From Candidatus Heimdallarchaeota archaeon (GTDB taxonomy: Archaea; Asgardarchaeota; Heimdallarchaeia; JABLTI01): a stretch of DNA of 64,000 bases. The DNA is taken from assembly GCA_018238155.1 (NCBI GenBank), contig JABCTZ010000006.1, positions 64,001 through 128,000 of the forward strand, given 5' to 3'. Positions 11,149 through 19,801 of this stretch are shown here, piece after piece. Both the position numbers and the translations under genes were made by a program. Positions within the stretch are counted from its first letter, which is position 1, and each line of letters starts with the position of its first letter. The notes below the pieces were generated by a model, which saw only the letters and a list, made by a program, of their open reading frames with translations, was not told the origin of the DNA and searched no databases.

Positions 11149-11309
11149 AACCTGCGGCTGGATCACCTCCTCTGAAATCGATTGGCCCTCAAGGCTAATC
11201 TCTGGTCCATGGAGGGAAATTTAACCCCTTTACATGTTTGACCTTAATTGTAGGGTTTGTTCAACCTCATGAAATCTTTTGTCATGCAAGAAAAAATATT
11301 TTTGTGCGA
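11149..11309 (+). repeat. repeat copy 2: last 23 nt of 16S plus near-complete trailer
   Basis: 37 nt identical to 7872-7908, then a diverged trailer with intact AACCTCATGAAATCTTTT, ending at TGTGCGA. Confidence 0.95.
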
Positions 11310-11352
11310 ATCTTTATAGTTTATATCTAGCTCTTATATAATAGGTGAATAT

Positions 11353-11547
11353 ATGAATTCAATTAACTTGAAAGTAGATGAACCAATAGTTATCCTTTCT
11401 TTGGCTGATTATGAAGCTTTAATAGAATCACTTGAAATTTTAACTGAAGATTCCAAGATATTAGAAGAGATTACAAAAGCAAGAAAGGAGATTGTTACTG
11501 GTCAAGGCGTGCCTCTCAAGGAATTTCTCAAGGAATTGAAGTCATGA
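11353..11547 (+). CDS. Phd/YefM-type antitoxin
   Basis: VILSLADYEALIESLEIL pattern; AGGTGA RBS; stop overlaps the toxin ATG (ATGA). Confidence 0.8.
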   Translation: MNSINLKVDEPIVILSLADYEALIESLEILTEDSKILEEITKARKEIVTGQGVPLKEFLKELKS

Positions 11548-11801
11548 TCTATGATATAATATTGGCACCTCAACCACAAAAATTTCTTAAAAACATGAAA
11601 AATAAATGAATATTTCTTCAAATTGAAGTTGCTTTCACAAGTATATCTTTAGATCCTAAAAAAGGCAAACAATTAGTAGGTGCTCTAAAGGGATTGTGGA
11701 GTTGGCGTGTAAGTTCTTATCGAATTTTATATGAAATTCAAGAGCAGAAAGTAATTGTATATGTACTTCGTATTTCACATCGGAAAAAAGTCTATGAGTA
11801 A
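11544..11801 (+). pseudogene. relE: RelE/ParE-family toxin with in-frame TGA at 11607-11609
   Basis: Hand translation MIYDIILAPQPQKFLKNMKNK*IFLQ...GKQLVGALKGLWSWRVSSYRILYEI...VLRISHRKKVYE. Confidence 0.85.
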
Positions 11802-11828
11802 TTTTTAGTCTGAATTTTCATATCTTTG

Positions 11829-11908
11829 TGTAGGTTATTGTACTCTTTGATTATCTTTTACCATTCAAGGAGCGAAATTTTATTGTGCGAGTTAGGTTCG
11901 TTGTTTTT
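11829..11908 (+). repeat. repeat copy 3 (degenerate trailer)
   Basis: TGTAGG...ATCTTTTACCATTCAAGGAGCGAAATTTTATTGTGCGAGTTAGGTT. Confidence 0.85.
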
Positions 11909-12026
11909 AGATAAAGTTTTAACCTTTTTTTAAGAAGTTTTTACTTTGCACGTGAGTTGATTTCTTATAAGTTGAAAGGTATTATTTAATAGTTTAACTT
12001 CTATATAGTATAAAAGAGGAATTCGT

Positions 12027-12278
12027 ATGAGTAAATTTGAACGAATTGTCCGTGATCCTGAGATTTGTGGAGGACAACCAACCATAAAAGGCACTCGAGT
12101 TCTAGTTCTCGATATTCTTGATTGGGTTAAAGAAGGACTATCTTTCGATGAAATTTTGGAGAGCTTCCCCAGTATTACTCGAGAGGATATCCAAGAAATA
12201 ATTGCATATGCAAAGGATATGATTGCAGGTGAGGTTGTCATTTATGGTTCTAAGAAAAGCGAAGTTTCTATTGGATGA
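12027..12278 (+). CDS. DUF433 antitoxin (VapB45-like)
   Basis: RIVRDPEICGGQPTIKGTRV...EILESFPSITREDI. Confidence 0.9.
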   Translation: MSKFERIVRDPEICGGQPTIKGTRVLVLDILDWVKEGLSFDEILESFPSITREDIQEIIAYAKDMIAGEVVIYGSKKSEVSIG

Positions 12279-12603
12279 GAACATTCCTATAAAGCTTGAA
12301 CAATTATTCACTTCTCTTGAGTTATCTTGTGTTTCAATTCGGGATGTGAAGTGGTTTGGCATTAAAAATAGAAAATTATCTGAAAGAGTCAAAAAGAGCT
12401 CCTATATTCTAATTACTCGTGATAAAGATTTCACGTTTCTCTGGAACAAATATGAAGTCCAAGTTATTTATTTAGCTATTGACCCTCCACTTCTATCTTC
12501 TTTTCTTCAACCTCTTCAGAATTTACTTCTAAATTGGCACTATAACCTAGACAAACCTTTTCTTATAATTTTGACTAAGGATACAATTCGTTTAAGACAA
12601 TGA
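12244..12603 (+). CDS. DUF5615 / Mut7-C PIN-like toxin
   Basis: FLLDENIP...ILITRDKDF; overlaps the DUF433 gene. Confidence 0.85.
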   Translation: MVLRKAKFLLDENIPIKLEQLFTSLELSCVSIRDVKWFGIKNRKLSERVKKSSYILITRDKDFTFLWNKYEVQVIYLAIDPPLLSSFLQPLQNLLLNWHYNLDKPFLIILTKDTIRLRQ

Positions 12604-12672
12604 TTTGTATTAACACTCTGAAATCTTTTACCAAGTAAGGAGCAAAAAAAGTATTATTGTGCGAGTTCGGTT
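12603..12672 (+). repeat. repeat copy 4
   Basis: TTTGTATTAACACTCTGAAATCTTTTACCAAGTAAGGAGC...TATTGTGCGAGTTCGGTT. Confidence 0.9.
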
Positions 12673-12682
12673 AGATAATCAT

Positions 12683-13048
12683 TTAATCTTTAGGTCTTAT
12701 TCGAATTGCTTTGGTTGTAATAATAACTAATTTGCCTTGATATCTAGGTTCTTTTAAGTCTCTAAGCATAAGGCTTCTATGCAATAGTTGATTTGTTGCT
12801 TCAGGATGTGGTGATAGCACTTGCAGAATAATTGTTAATGGAGGTTTTTCTTTCGTGTTATGATATATTTCTCCGAATCTTCTATCATGTGTAATCAACG
12901 GAGTAGAATTTTCTGTTGCATAATCATATATTTCCTCATCAGTTATACTTGATTTCAAAATCTCATCAATTTCTAATACTATGAATTTATTTTTTCTCAA
13001 AATTTTCTTCGTTGATTCTGATAAGCATTCATCAACAATTACTCTCAT
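12683..13048 (-). CDS. DUF5615 PIN-like toxin
   Basis: MRVIVDECLS...TDEEI...LITHDRRFG. Confidence 0.85.
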   Translation of the reverse strand: MRVIVDECLSESTKKILRKNKFIVLEIDEILKSSITDEEIYDYATENSTPLITHDRRFGEIYHNTKEKPPLTIILQVLSPHPEATNQLLHRSLMLRDLKEPRYQGKLVIITTKAIRIRPKD

Positions 13049-13063
13049 TGCCCCTCTCCTCTC

Positions 13064-13303
13064 TTACTCTACTATTGGGATAATTTCATCTTCTGGGTGA
13101 TTAATGAGGTGAATTGAATATTCAAGTGTTGCTCGTATATCCTCTTCTGTTAATTTTGGATATTCTTTGATTATCTGCTCAAAAGACGCTCCGTCTTTTA
13201 GCATCTGTAAGATAATGTAAATTGGTATTCTAGTATTTCTAATGACAGGTTTGCCACCTAGAATCTTGGGGTTTACTTCTATACGATTTATTATTGGATT
13301 CAT
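13064..13303 (-). CDS. DUF433 antitoxin
   Basis: RIEVNPKILGGKPVIRNTRIP...EYPKLTEEDI. Confidence 0.9.
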   Translation of the reverse strand: MNPIINRIEVNPKILGGKPVIRNTRIPIYIILQMLKDGASFEQIIKEYPKLTEEDIRATLEYSIHLINHPEDEIIPIVE

Positions 13304-13374
13304 TTCTTCTCACAATTATATTTATCTGGCTGACTAATAAAGTTTTTTTGGATTTCTAACAAATTTTTCCATAA

Positions 13375-13455
13375 TAGGAATTTGTTTACACAAAACATCT
13401 TGAAATCTTTTACCAAGCAAGAAGTGAAAAATAGTTTTGTACGAGTTAGGTTGTT
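13375..13455 (+). repeat. repeat copy 5
   Basis: TAGGAATTTGTTT...TGAAATCTTTTACCAAGCAAGAAGTG...TTGTACGAGTTAGGTTGTT. Confidence 0.9.
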
Positions 13456-13592
13456 CTACTTTTATTTGACTCTAATTTTTTTGATTTAGATTTTAAAAAG
13501 AATGAAACAAGAAATAAGAATTTCAAAATATCTTAAGATAGTGGATTTTACATTAAAAAAACCGTTTTGGTAACTAATTTTCTGTATTGTTT

Positions 13593-13835
13593 TTACTGAA
13601 GCATTTCGATGAGTTTATCTTTCGAGATATTGTTCCAAATTGCTACCTTCGTTAAAATATCGTTTAGAGTTCCTTTTGCAATCTCTTTATGTGTAACAAT
13701 AGTAATATGATGTTCTCCTGCTTCCCCTTTCTTTGTTAGTCTTATATGACTTCCTTTTTGTCTTACTACCCGATAATCTAGTTTATTCAGTAGCTTTAGT
13801 AGTTTCTTTCCACTAACTACTGGAAGCTTTGGCAA
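13593..13835 (-). CDS. hicA: HicA-family mRNA interferase toxin
   Basis: PKLPVVSGKKLLKLL...RQKGSH...H...EIAKGTLNDIL; GAGGTG RBS before TTG 13835. Confidence 0.9.
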   Translation of the reverse strand: MPKLPVVSGKKLLKLLNKLDYRVVRQKGSHIRLTKKGEAGEHHITIVTHKEIAKGTLNDILTKVAIWNNISKDKLIEMLQ

Positions 13836-14049
13836 TTGCTTGCACCTCAAATTCAGACAAAGTTAAAATTCTTATCGTTTCTGTTTGCAATTCTTCCTCA
13901 AAGTGCACCTCAACGGCTTCTTCAATATTCTTTCGTAATTCATCTAAGGTTTTCCCTTGAGTAAAAATATCTGCATCCATTCCTCTTGCACACCAATTTC
14001 CCTCTTCATCTTGATATATTTCTAATTTTATTAGACGCATTAATTTCAC
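13813..14049 (-). CDS. hicB: HicB-like antitoxin
   Basis: EEGNWCA...IFTQGKTLDELRKNIEEAVEVH; overlaps hicA. Confidence 0.8.
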   Translation of the reverse strand: MKLMRLIKLEIYQDEEGNWCARGMDADIFTQGKTLDELRKNIEEAVEVHFEEELQTETIRILTLSEFEVQAIAKASSS

Positions 14050-14117
14050 CTAATTATATCTTCTTTTTCTTTAATTATAAACTCATTTATTATTGATTAT
14101 ATTTAAAACTCATTCTC

Positions 14118-14207
14118 TTTTCATGTTCGATCTAAAAGTAGGATTTGTTTAACCTCATGAAATCTTTTACCAAGCAAGGAGCGAATAAATTATTGTGCTA
14201 GTTAGGT
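14118..14207 (+). repeat. repeat copy 6 (intact BHB half-site)
   Basis: TTTCATGTTCGATCTAAAAGTAGGATTTGTTTAACCTCATGAAATCTTTTACCAAGCAAGGAGCG...TGTGCTAGTTAGGT. Confidence 0.92.
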
Positions 14208-14255
14208 CAGTTGTTATTATTTTTACTATTTTTCGTTTATCTTAATTGTAAATGG

Positions 14256-15536
14256 TCACTCAGATTTTTTCAGTTGTTTTTTTGTTCTTATCCTAATAGC
14301 AGCAATTACTTTTAGGACAATAACAATTAGAATGATAGAAATAACCGCTATTACTGATACAATTGTAATTATCATTTTAGTTTCAAAGGTTAGAGGAATT
14401 ACCATTGGAAATAATCTTTTAATTCTCTCAGGATTTGTAACATCATAGATAAAAAGGAACCAAGAATAATAAAAAGTCGTAGCAATCCAATCTTCCGTAA
14501 TTATTATACAAATGTTGTTTATCATGACTATTTTTTTATACTCTAACTTCAAACGGTCTTCCATTGAATGTTTATCGAGTTCAATAATATGTTCAAGATT
14601 TGTTTTATCTAATGTTAGTATTTCCCTTTCAGTTACTAGATAAACAATATTTTCAGATACATGAGCTGATTTTGCATTTTCTAATGTATAATTAGCTATA
14701 CAATTCAATCTATTATCATTTAGTATTTCATAAATCTTCAATCCCATATTATCGCAAGCATTTAGCTGATCATCCGACAATGAAATGCTGTTTAGATTGT
14801 CGAATTCATATTCAACTACAAAATCTAATTGAAGAGCACTATTTACTTCATAGATAGCTAAATTTTGCTCTCCGGTTATTACGAAAACTCTTTCCTCATC
14901 CATTATTACATCATTAAAGGAAAAGTTTCTCGTTGTATTACCAATTAAGTTCCAGTTGTTAAAATCTGTTAAATCATATGTGAGCATTAATTTACTTCCA
15001 TAATCGTTAGAACCAAAAATGAATAATTCATCATTGATTATAATCAATTTTAGTATTTCCAAATCTATTGTTGTAAGTATATTCACCAATGTAGCGTTTA
15101 TTTCACAATTAACTATCCCAATGAAATTATCATAGTGTCTTGCACTGAATAATATCTTATCATTGTATCTTGTTATATACCGTGCTAAACTGAGATTTGC
15201 ATTTTTTTCTTGATAGATTACTTGCGCTTTCGCTGGTCTACTTATATCGATTATCTGAAAACCTGCTGAGCTTGTTGAATAGATTAAATCTTCATATACT
15301 ACAAAATCAAAACTACAATGCATCACTGTATTGATCGTATAAAATTTGTCGATACAGACTTTCTTATTGATTGATGTATTTCCACTAATATATTGTGGAT
15401 TTTTGATGTTATTATAGTCTATGGACGTTCCAATGATAACTGTAATGATCATTGAAATTCGTACTAATTTAAAAAAATCGTTTCCTCTCATAATGCATCC
15501 CGCTTTTCCATTCTCTTGTATTTCTTTCCTTTTCAA
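14256..15536 (-). CDS. LVIVD-like beta-propeller surface protein with C-terminal TM (start probably ATG 15491)
   Basis: GFQIIDISRP, GLKIYEI, LFIYDVTNP repeats; N-terminal hydrophobic segment; TM plus basic tail. Confidence 0.65.
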   Translation of the reverse strand: MKRKEIQENGKAGCIMRGNDFFKLVRISMIITVIIGTSIDYNNIKNPQYISGNTSINKKVCIDKFYTINTVMHCSFDFVVYEDLIYSTSSAGFQIIDISRPAKAQVIYQEKNANLSLARYITRYNDKILFSARHYDNFIGIVNCEINATLVNILTTIDLEILKLIIINDELFIFGSNDYGSKLMLTYDLTDFNNWNLIGNTTRNFSFNDVIMDEERVFVITGEQNLAIYEVNSALQLDFVVEYEFDNLNSISLSDDQLNACDNMGLKIYEILNDNRLNCIANYTLENAKSAHVSENIVYLVTEREILTLDKTNLEHIIELDKHSMEDRLKLEYKKIVMINNICIIITEDWIATTFYYSWFLFIYDVTNPERIKRLFPMVIPLTFETKMIITIVSVIAVISIILIVIVLKVIAAIRIRTKKQLKKSE

Positions 15537-15562
15537 ATTGATAAAATTTTTTGTAATGAGCG

Positions 15563-15577
15563 TGTGCGAGTTAGATT
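15563..15577 (+). repeat. repeat copy 7 (tail only)
   Basis: TGTGCGAGTTAGATT followed by a T-tract. Confidence 0.7.
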
Positions 15578-15588
15578 AGTTCATTTTT

Positions 15589-16904
15589 TTATTCTTCTTT
15601 ATATTTCAATTCAGGTTTATTTTTCAGTTTTATTTTTTTAGATTTCTTCAACTTCCTCACAGAAAAGATAGACATAATTATAACAATAATCAAAATAAAT
15701 GGACTTGCAATACCCATTATTGGAAGAATTAAATAGTGAAATATGAGTGGTAATTTTATTATTGGAAATTGTAGTTTAATTCTATTCTTATTTTCTATAT
15801 CAAAGATAAAAAGATCGGTTTGTGTGTCAGGGGCACCTGTCATGTAATCCTCTGTCATAACTAAAACATAGTTTTTGTACAAGAAAATTTTCTTAAAATC
15901 TAGTTCTACTATATCCTTTAGCCTATATTTACTTCTGCATTTAATTTCATCATTTTCTACTTCTAAAAGTACTAAATTCTTTGAGTTTATGATGCAAATA
16001 ATATCATCCTTAACAGCAATTGACTTTGGTTGAGCTATATCATAACTTGCAATTTTTTCCGGATTATAAGGATCGTCATTATTGAACACTTGAATTTGGT
16101 TACTTTTTAATGCATACAGAAAGTTATCCTGAAAACTTATTCTGGTATATTCTTCTTCAAATTCTTTTACTTTTACTGGTGCACTTACATTGCTGAAATC
16201 GTAGACCAACAATTTGTTGTCAATAGTACTATGATATAGAAAATTATTATGGAATTTATAATCTAGGATATCATCATATTTATAATACGGTGGATATTGA
16301 TTCCCAATCACAATTTCTGAAATATTGTGACAACCAATTAAGATTGGATTATAGATATCACTAATATTGTATATTTCACATTGAGGGACTTCATATCTTG
16401 AACCAAACAAAAAGAGATTGTTCTTTTTTTGCTCTAAACGGTGAACAAAGCTTAAATTTGTACCAATTATTTTATTAAAGTATTGATCTTTTCATTTTCA
16501 ATAAATCCAATTACACTTTGATTAACATTATAATTTCCATCCATTGCCATGAACGTAATACTGCCATTATTGTAAAATGAGAAAATATATTCATAATCAA
16601 AATATCTTACCCATTTTAATTCTTTCCATCTTTGTAATTGGGAGATATTTCTTACAAATATTGAACTTGATGAGAAGCTAACGAGAACTAAATCATTTAC
16701 GCATGTAATATCATTGCACATCTTTAACATATGATTAATACTCAGTGGATTATTATTGAAATAATTTAAACTTTCAGTTTTAGCATTGTTTTTCTCAGTA
16801 TTCATATTTGAGTAATGATTCCGTAAATCATTCATTTGAACTAAAATTATGATTATAAAAAAAAAGGTATAAATAATCCTCTTCCTACAATTCTTTAATC
16901 CCAT
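15589..16904 (-). pseudogene. LVIVD-like paralog split by a 1-nt frameshift near 16470
   Basis: ORFs 16467-16904 and 15589-16410 join as ...NTLIK/IIGTNLSFVHRLEQKKNNLFLFGSRY, collinear with the neighbour's NATLVNILTTIDLEILKLIIINDELFIFGSNDY. Confidence 0.75.
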
Positions 16905-16965
16905 TTTTCCACTCTCTTGTATTTATTTACTCTTCAAATTAATAAAATTTCTTGTAATAAGAATA

Positions 16966-16978
16966 TGCGAGTTAGGTT
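16966..16978 (+). repeat. repeat copy 8 (tail only), distal end of the array
   Basis: TGCGAGTTAGGTT followed by a long T-tract. Confidence 0.75.
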
Positions 16979-17206
16979 TGTTTTTTTCTTTTTTTGTTTT
17001 TCGTTCGAGTTTTCCTATTATTTTCAACCCAAGAACTATACTTAATATTATTATGATAAAAATAATCCTCGATTTTTATTGTTTATTTCAATCAAAAAGA
17101 GCATGCCAAATTATTATTAAAGATAGAAAGATATTCTTCATTGGGATTTATACTAGGTTTATTATCTTAGATTTTGAATTCACAAGAAATTTCCAGGTGA
17201 AAAAGT

Positions 17207-18508
17207 ATGGAAGAAAACCAACTAACTGAACAAGAAACAGATACTAGAATAGAAGAAGTATTGAACGATAATCGAGCAGATAAAAAGCAAATTAGTCCAG
17301 TATTAAAGGTGATTATTCTAGGCATATTGACCTTCTTTACTATTGTAGCTGTTTCAGTTTTACACGCAAATAAACCAGAATTCCTCGCTAAAGTCAGTAC
17401 GTATGAGTTATCAGAGTTTCAGGAATCGTTATTTGATTCTGTGCAATATGCTTCGTATCTTATTTTCGGTATTATTATAGGAATACTTGCTGATAGATTC
17501 GCAAAGCGGAGAATCTTTATTCTTATTGGAAGTGCTGTTTCAGCAGTTTTCTTCTTTCTAATGACGATTGTGGGTCAATATTGGCTTCTCTTGATTTTCA
17601 GGTTTATCCAAGGAGCCTTCACTGTTATGATTTGGCAGATGTTAATGACTATGATTCTTGATGTTTCTACAGAAAAGGATCGTGGAAGAAACATGGGTAT
17701 TTATGGCTCTTTACTTGCATTAGGTTTTGGTTTAGGACCAATGTTTGGAGGTTTCTTATCTAAGGCGGGAGTTAATGTACCCTACTACACTGCTACTGGT
17801 CTTGTCTCACTAGTTTTTATTCTCTCTTTAGTTATTTTACGAGAAGCAGAAACTACTGCTGATAGACCCACAATTATTGACTCACTTTCAATTGTTAAAA
17901 AATATCCCCGAATTATTATCCCCAGTATATTCAATTTTGTGGATAGATTTACTATTGGTTTTATAGTCTTTTTAATACCGTTCTTCCTTAATGATGAATT
18001 AGGGCTTCCAGCTGAAAAAAGAGGTCTCTCTCTTGCAATCTTTGCTTTACCATTTATTCTTCTTCAATTTCCGATGGGCAAACTAGCAGATAAAATTGGT
18101 CGGTATATTCCTTTATTGATTGGTAGTTTATGTTATTGTATTGTTTTACCGATGGTAGGCTATTTTAGCGCCAATAATTTTACCGTGTTGTTAATACTGT
18201 TAGCTCTTTTAGGAGTCTTCTCAGGTATTTCTGCACCTGCTAATATGACTTTAGTTGGAGACTTTGTTAAAAAAGAGGATAATGCTATGGGAATGGGTTT
18301 CTTTAATTTCGCCGGAAATTTAGGTGTTACTCTTGGTCCTTTAGTTGGTAGTTTATATGGCATTTATGGATACAACACAATTTTTCTATCAGCTGGCATT
18401 GGAAGAATGATCCTGTTAGTTATTAGTGTTCTCTTGATCTTCTTAGTTTTCAAAGAAAAATTACAACCTTCTCCTAAAGGAGCTGTTGAATTAAATACTG
18501 AAAAATAA
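17207..18508 (+). CDS. MFS transporter
   Basis: GILADRFAKRR and GKLADKIGR motif A; about 12 TM. Confidence 0.92.
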   Translation: MEENQLTEQETDTRIEEVLNDNRADKKQISPVLKVIILGILTFFTIVAVSVLHANKPEFLAKVSTYELSEFQESLFDSVQYASYLIFGIIIGILADRFAKRRIFILIGSAVSAVFFFLMTIVGQYWLLLIFRFIQGAFTVMIWQMLMTMILDVSTEKDRGRNMGIYGSLLALGFGLGPMFGGFLSKAGVNVPYYTATGLVSLVFILSLVILREAETTADRPTIIDSLSIVKKYPRIIIPSIFNFVDRFTIGFIVFLIPFFLNDELGLPAEKRGLSLAIFALPFILLQFPMGKLADKIGRYIPLLIGSLCYCIVLPMVGYFSANNFTVLLILLALLGVFSGISAPANMTLVGDFVKKEDNAMGMGFFNFAGNLGVTLGPLVGSLYGIYGYNTIFLSAGIGRMILLVISVLLIFLVFKEKLQPSPKGAVELNTEK

Positions 18509-18525
18509 TGTTCAAAACTAATAAT

Positions 18526-18551
18526 CTAGATTCCCAGTAAGAGGAATCTAG
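18526..18551. terminator. inverted repeat between convergent genes
   Basis: CTAGATTCC-N8-GGAATCTAG. Confidence 0.45.
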
Positions 18552-18613
18552 TGACTCTTTTCTTTCGATATTCAATAATTTGAAGTGAGAAAAATGAAAC
18601 GGATAATTACTAA

Positions 18614-19639
18614 TTAAGGTGTAATCACCGTTCTGAATTCTGCAGTAAACTTTCTAAGACGATGTTGTACTTCATTAATAGCACCTGCTTCTAGTGGAAC
18701 TGTTTTTGTTACCACATTAGTTAAGTCAAGTTTTCCTTTTTCTGCTAATTCAAGTAAGAAAGGTATCTCAGATAATAGGTGATCAGAACATCCAATGATT
18801 TCTTTTTCTCTACATATTGCCTCATAAGAATCGATATTGAATGGTTGTTTTGTAATTCCGACTAATCCCAATCTCCCAAATCGAGCCAATGATTTAATTC
18901 CTTGTTCCATTGTTAGTTGAAGTCCAATTAATTCTAATGCGACATCCACACCATCTCCGAGAGTTAGCTCCATTATTTTCTCCACAGGATCATTTTCTTT
19001 GGCGTTGATAGGTATCGCTCCTAGTTTTTCTGCATAAAGCAATTTTTTCTTATCAATATCTACAGCGTAAATCTCTCGAGCACCAAAAACTTTTGCTAAC
19101 TGCAATGCAGAAATCCCCAATCCTCCTAGACCAAAGATTGCTATGTTTTCTCCCGGTTGAAATCTTGTTTTCCTTAGTGCATGAAGCGAAGTTGCTGAAG
19201 AACACATCATCACTGAAGCATGTTCAAATGAAACCCCATCTGGTAGCTTGTATATACCTCGAGTGGGTACAGCAATATATTCTGCGTATCCACCATCAAC
19301 ATCTTTCCCTATCATTTTACCCTTGACACAAAACTGTTCTGTACCTTGAATACAGTATTTACACTTACCACATGTAATCATATAATTAACACAAATACGG
19401 TCTCCAATTTGAAAATCAGTTACATTTTCGCCAATTTTTTCAATTTCCCCTGCAACTTCATGCCCTAAAGTTATTGGTAAATATCCCACAGGAGAAACCC
19501 CCGCTCTATAATGAACATCCGAATGGCAAATTCCTGCTGCTTTTATTCGAATTAGAACTTCATCTGTCTTTGGTTCCGGTTTTGGAATTTCTCTTTCCTC
19601 TAAATCTTTACCAATTTCAATTAATTGAATAGTTTTCAT
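18614..19639 (-). CDS. zinc-dependent alcohol dehydrogenase (MDR family)
   Basis: GICHSD, GHE, CxxCxxC-x7-C, GLGGLG. Confidence 0.95.
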   Translation of the reverse strand: MKTIQLIEIGKDLEEREIPKPEPKTDEVLIRIKAAGICHSDVHYRAGVSPVGYLPITLGHEVAGEIEKIGENVTDFQIGDRICVNYMITCGKCKYCIQGTEQFCVKGKMIGKDVDGGYAEYIAVPTRGIYKLPDGVSFEHASVMMCSSATSLHALRKTRFQPGENIAIFGLGGLGISALQLAKVFGAREIYAVDIDKKKLLYAEKLGAIPINAKENDPVEKIMELTLGDGVDVALELIGLQLTMEQGIKSLARFGRLGLVGITKQPFNIDSYEAICREKEIIGCSDHLLSEIPFLLELAEKGKLDLTNVVTKTVPLEAGAINEVQHRLRKFTAEFRTVITP

Positions 19640-19801
19640 AGTTTGAGTTATTATCTACCTCATTTAAAACTATTTTATATTATATGAAACAAGCATTAAT
19701 TGTTCTTGATGGACTCGATTAGAATAAGGATTAATATTGTTAAAAAAAAAAGCTTTTTAAGTAACTTGTGAGTCAATCAAAGTATATTCAAACAATTATA
19801 G

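Noticed and set aside
11149-11171. Second 16S rRNA gene
   Set aside because: Only the last 23 nt are present.
11607-11609. Selenocysteine or genome-wide UGA reassignment
   Set aside because: The interrupted positions are not Cys-like, no SECIS was recognised, TGG encodes Trp throughout, and TGA terminates many intact genes.
11255-14207. Repeats as classical integron attC sites (GTTCAAC/GTTTAAC ... GTTAGGT fit RYYYAAC/GTTRRRY at ~60 bp spacing)
   Set aside because: I could not fold a convincing internal L-box palindrome, no intI is present, and complementarity to the 16S leader explains the sequence better. An attC covariance scan would be needed to exclude it fully.
7973-16978. CRISPR array
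   Set aside because: Spacers are 0.5-3 kb gene-bearing segments, the repeats are degenerate, and there are no cas genes.
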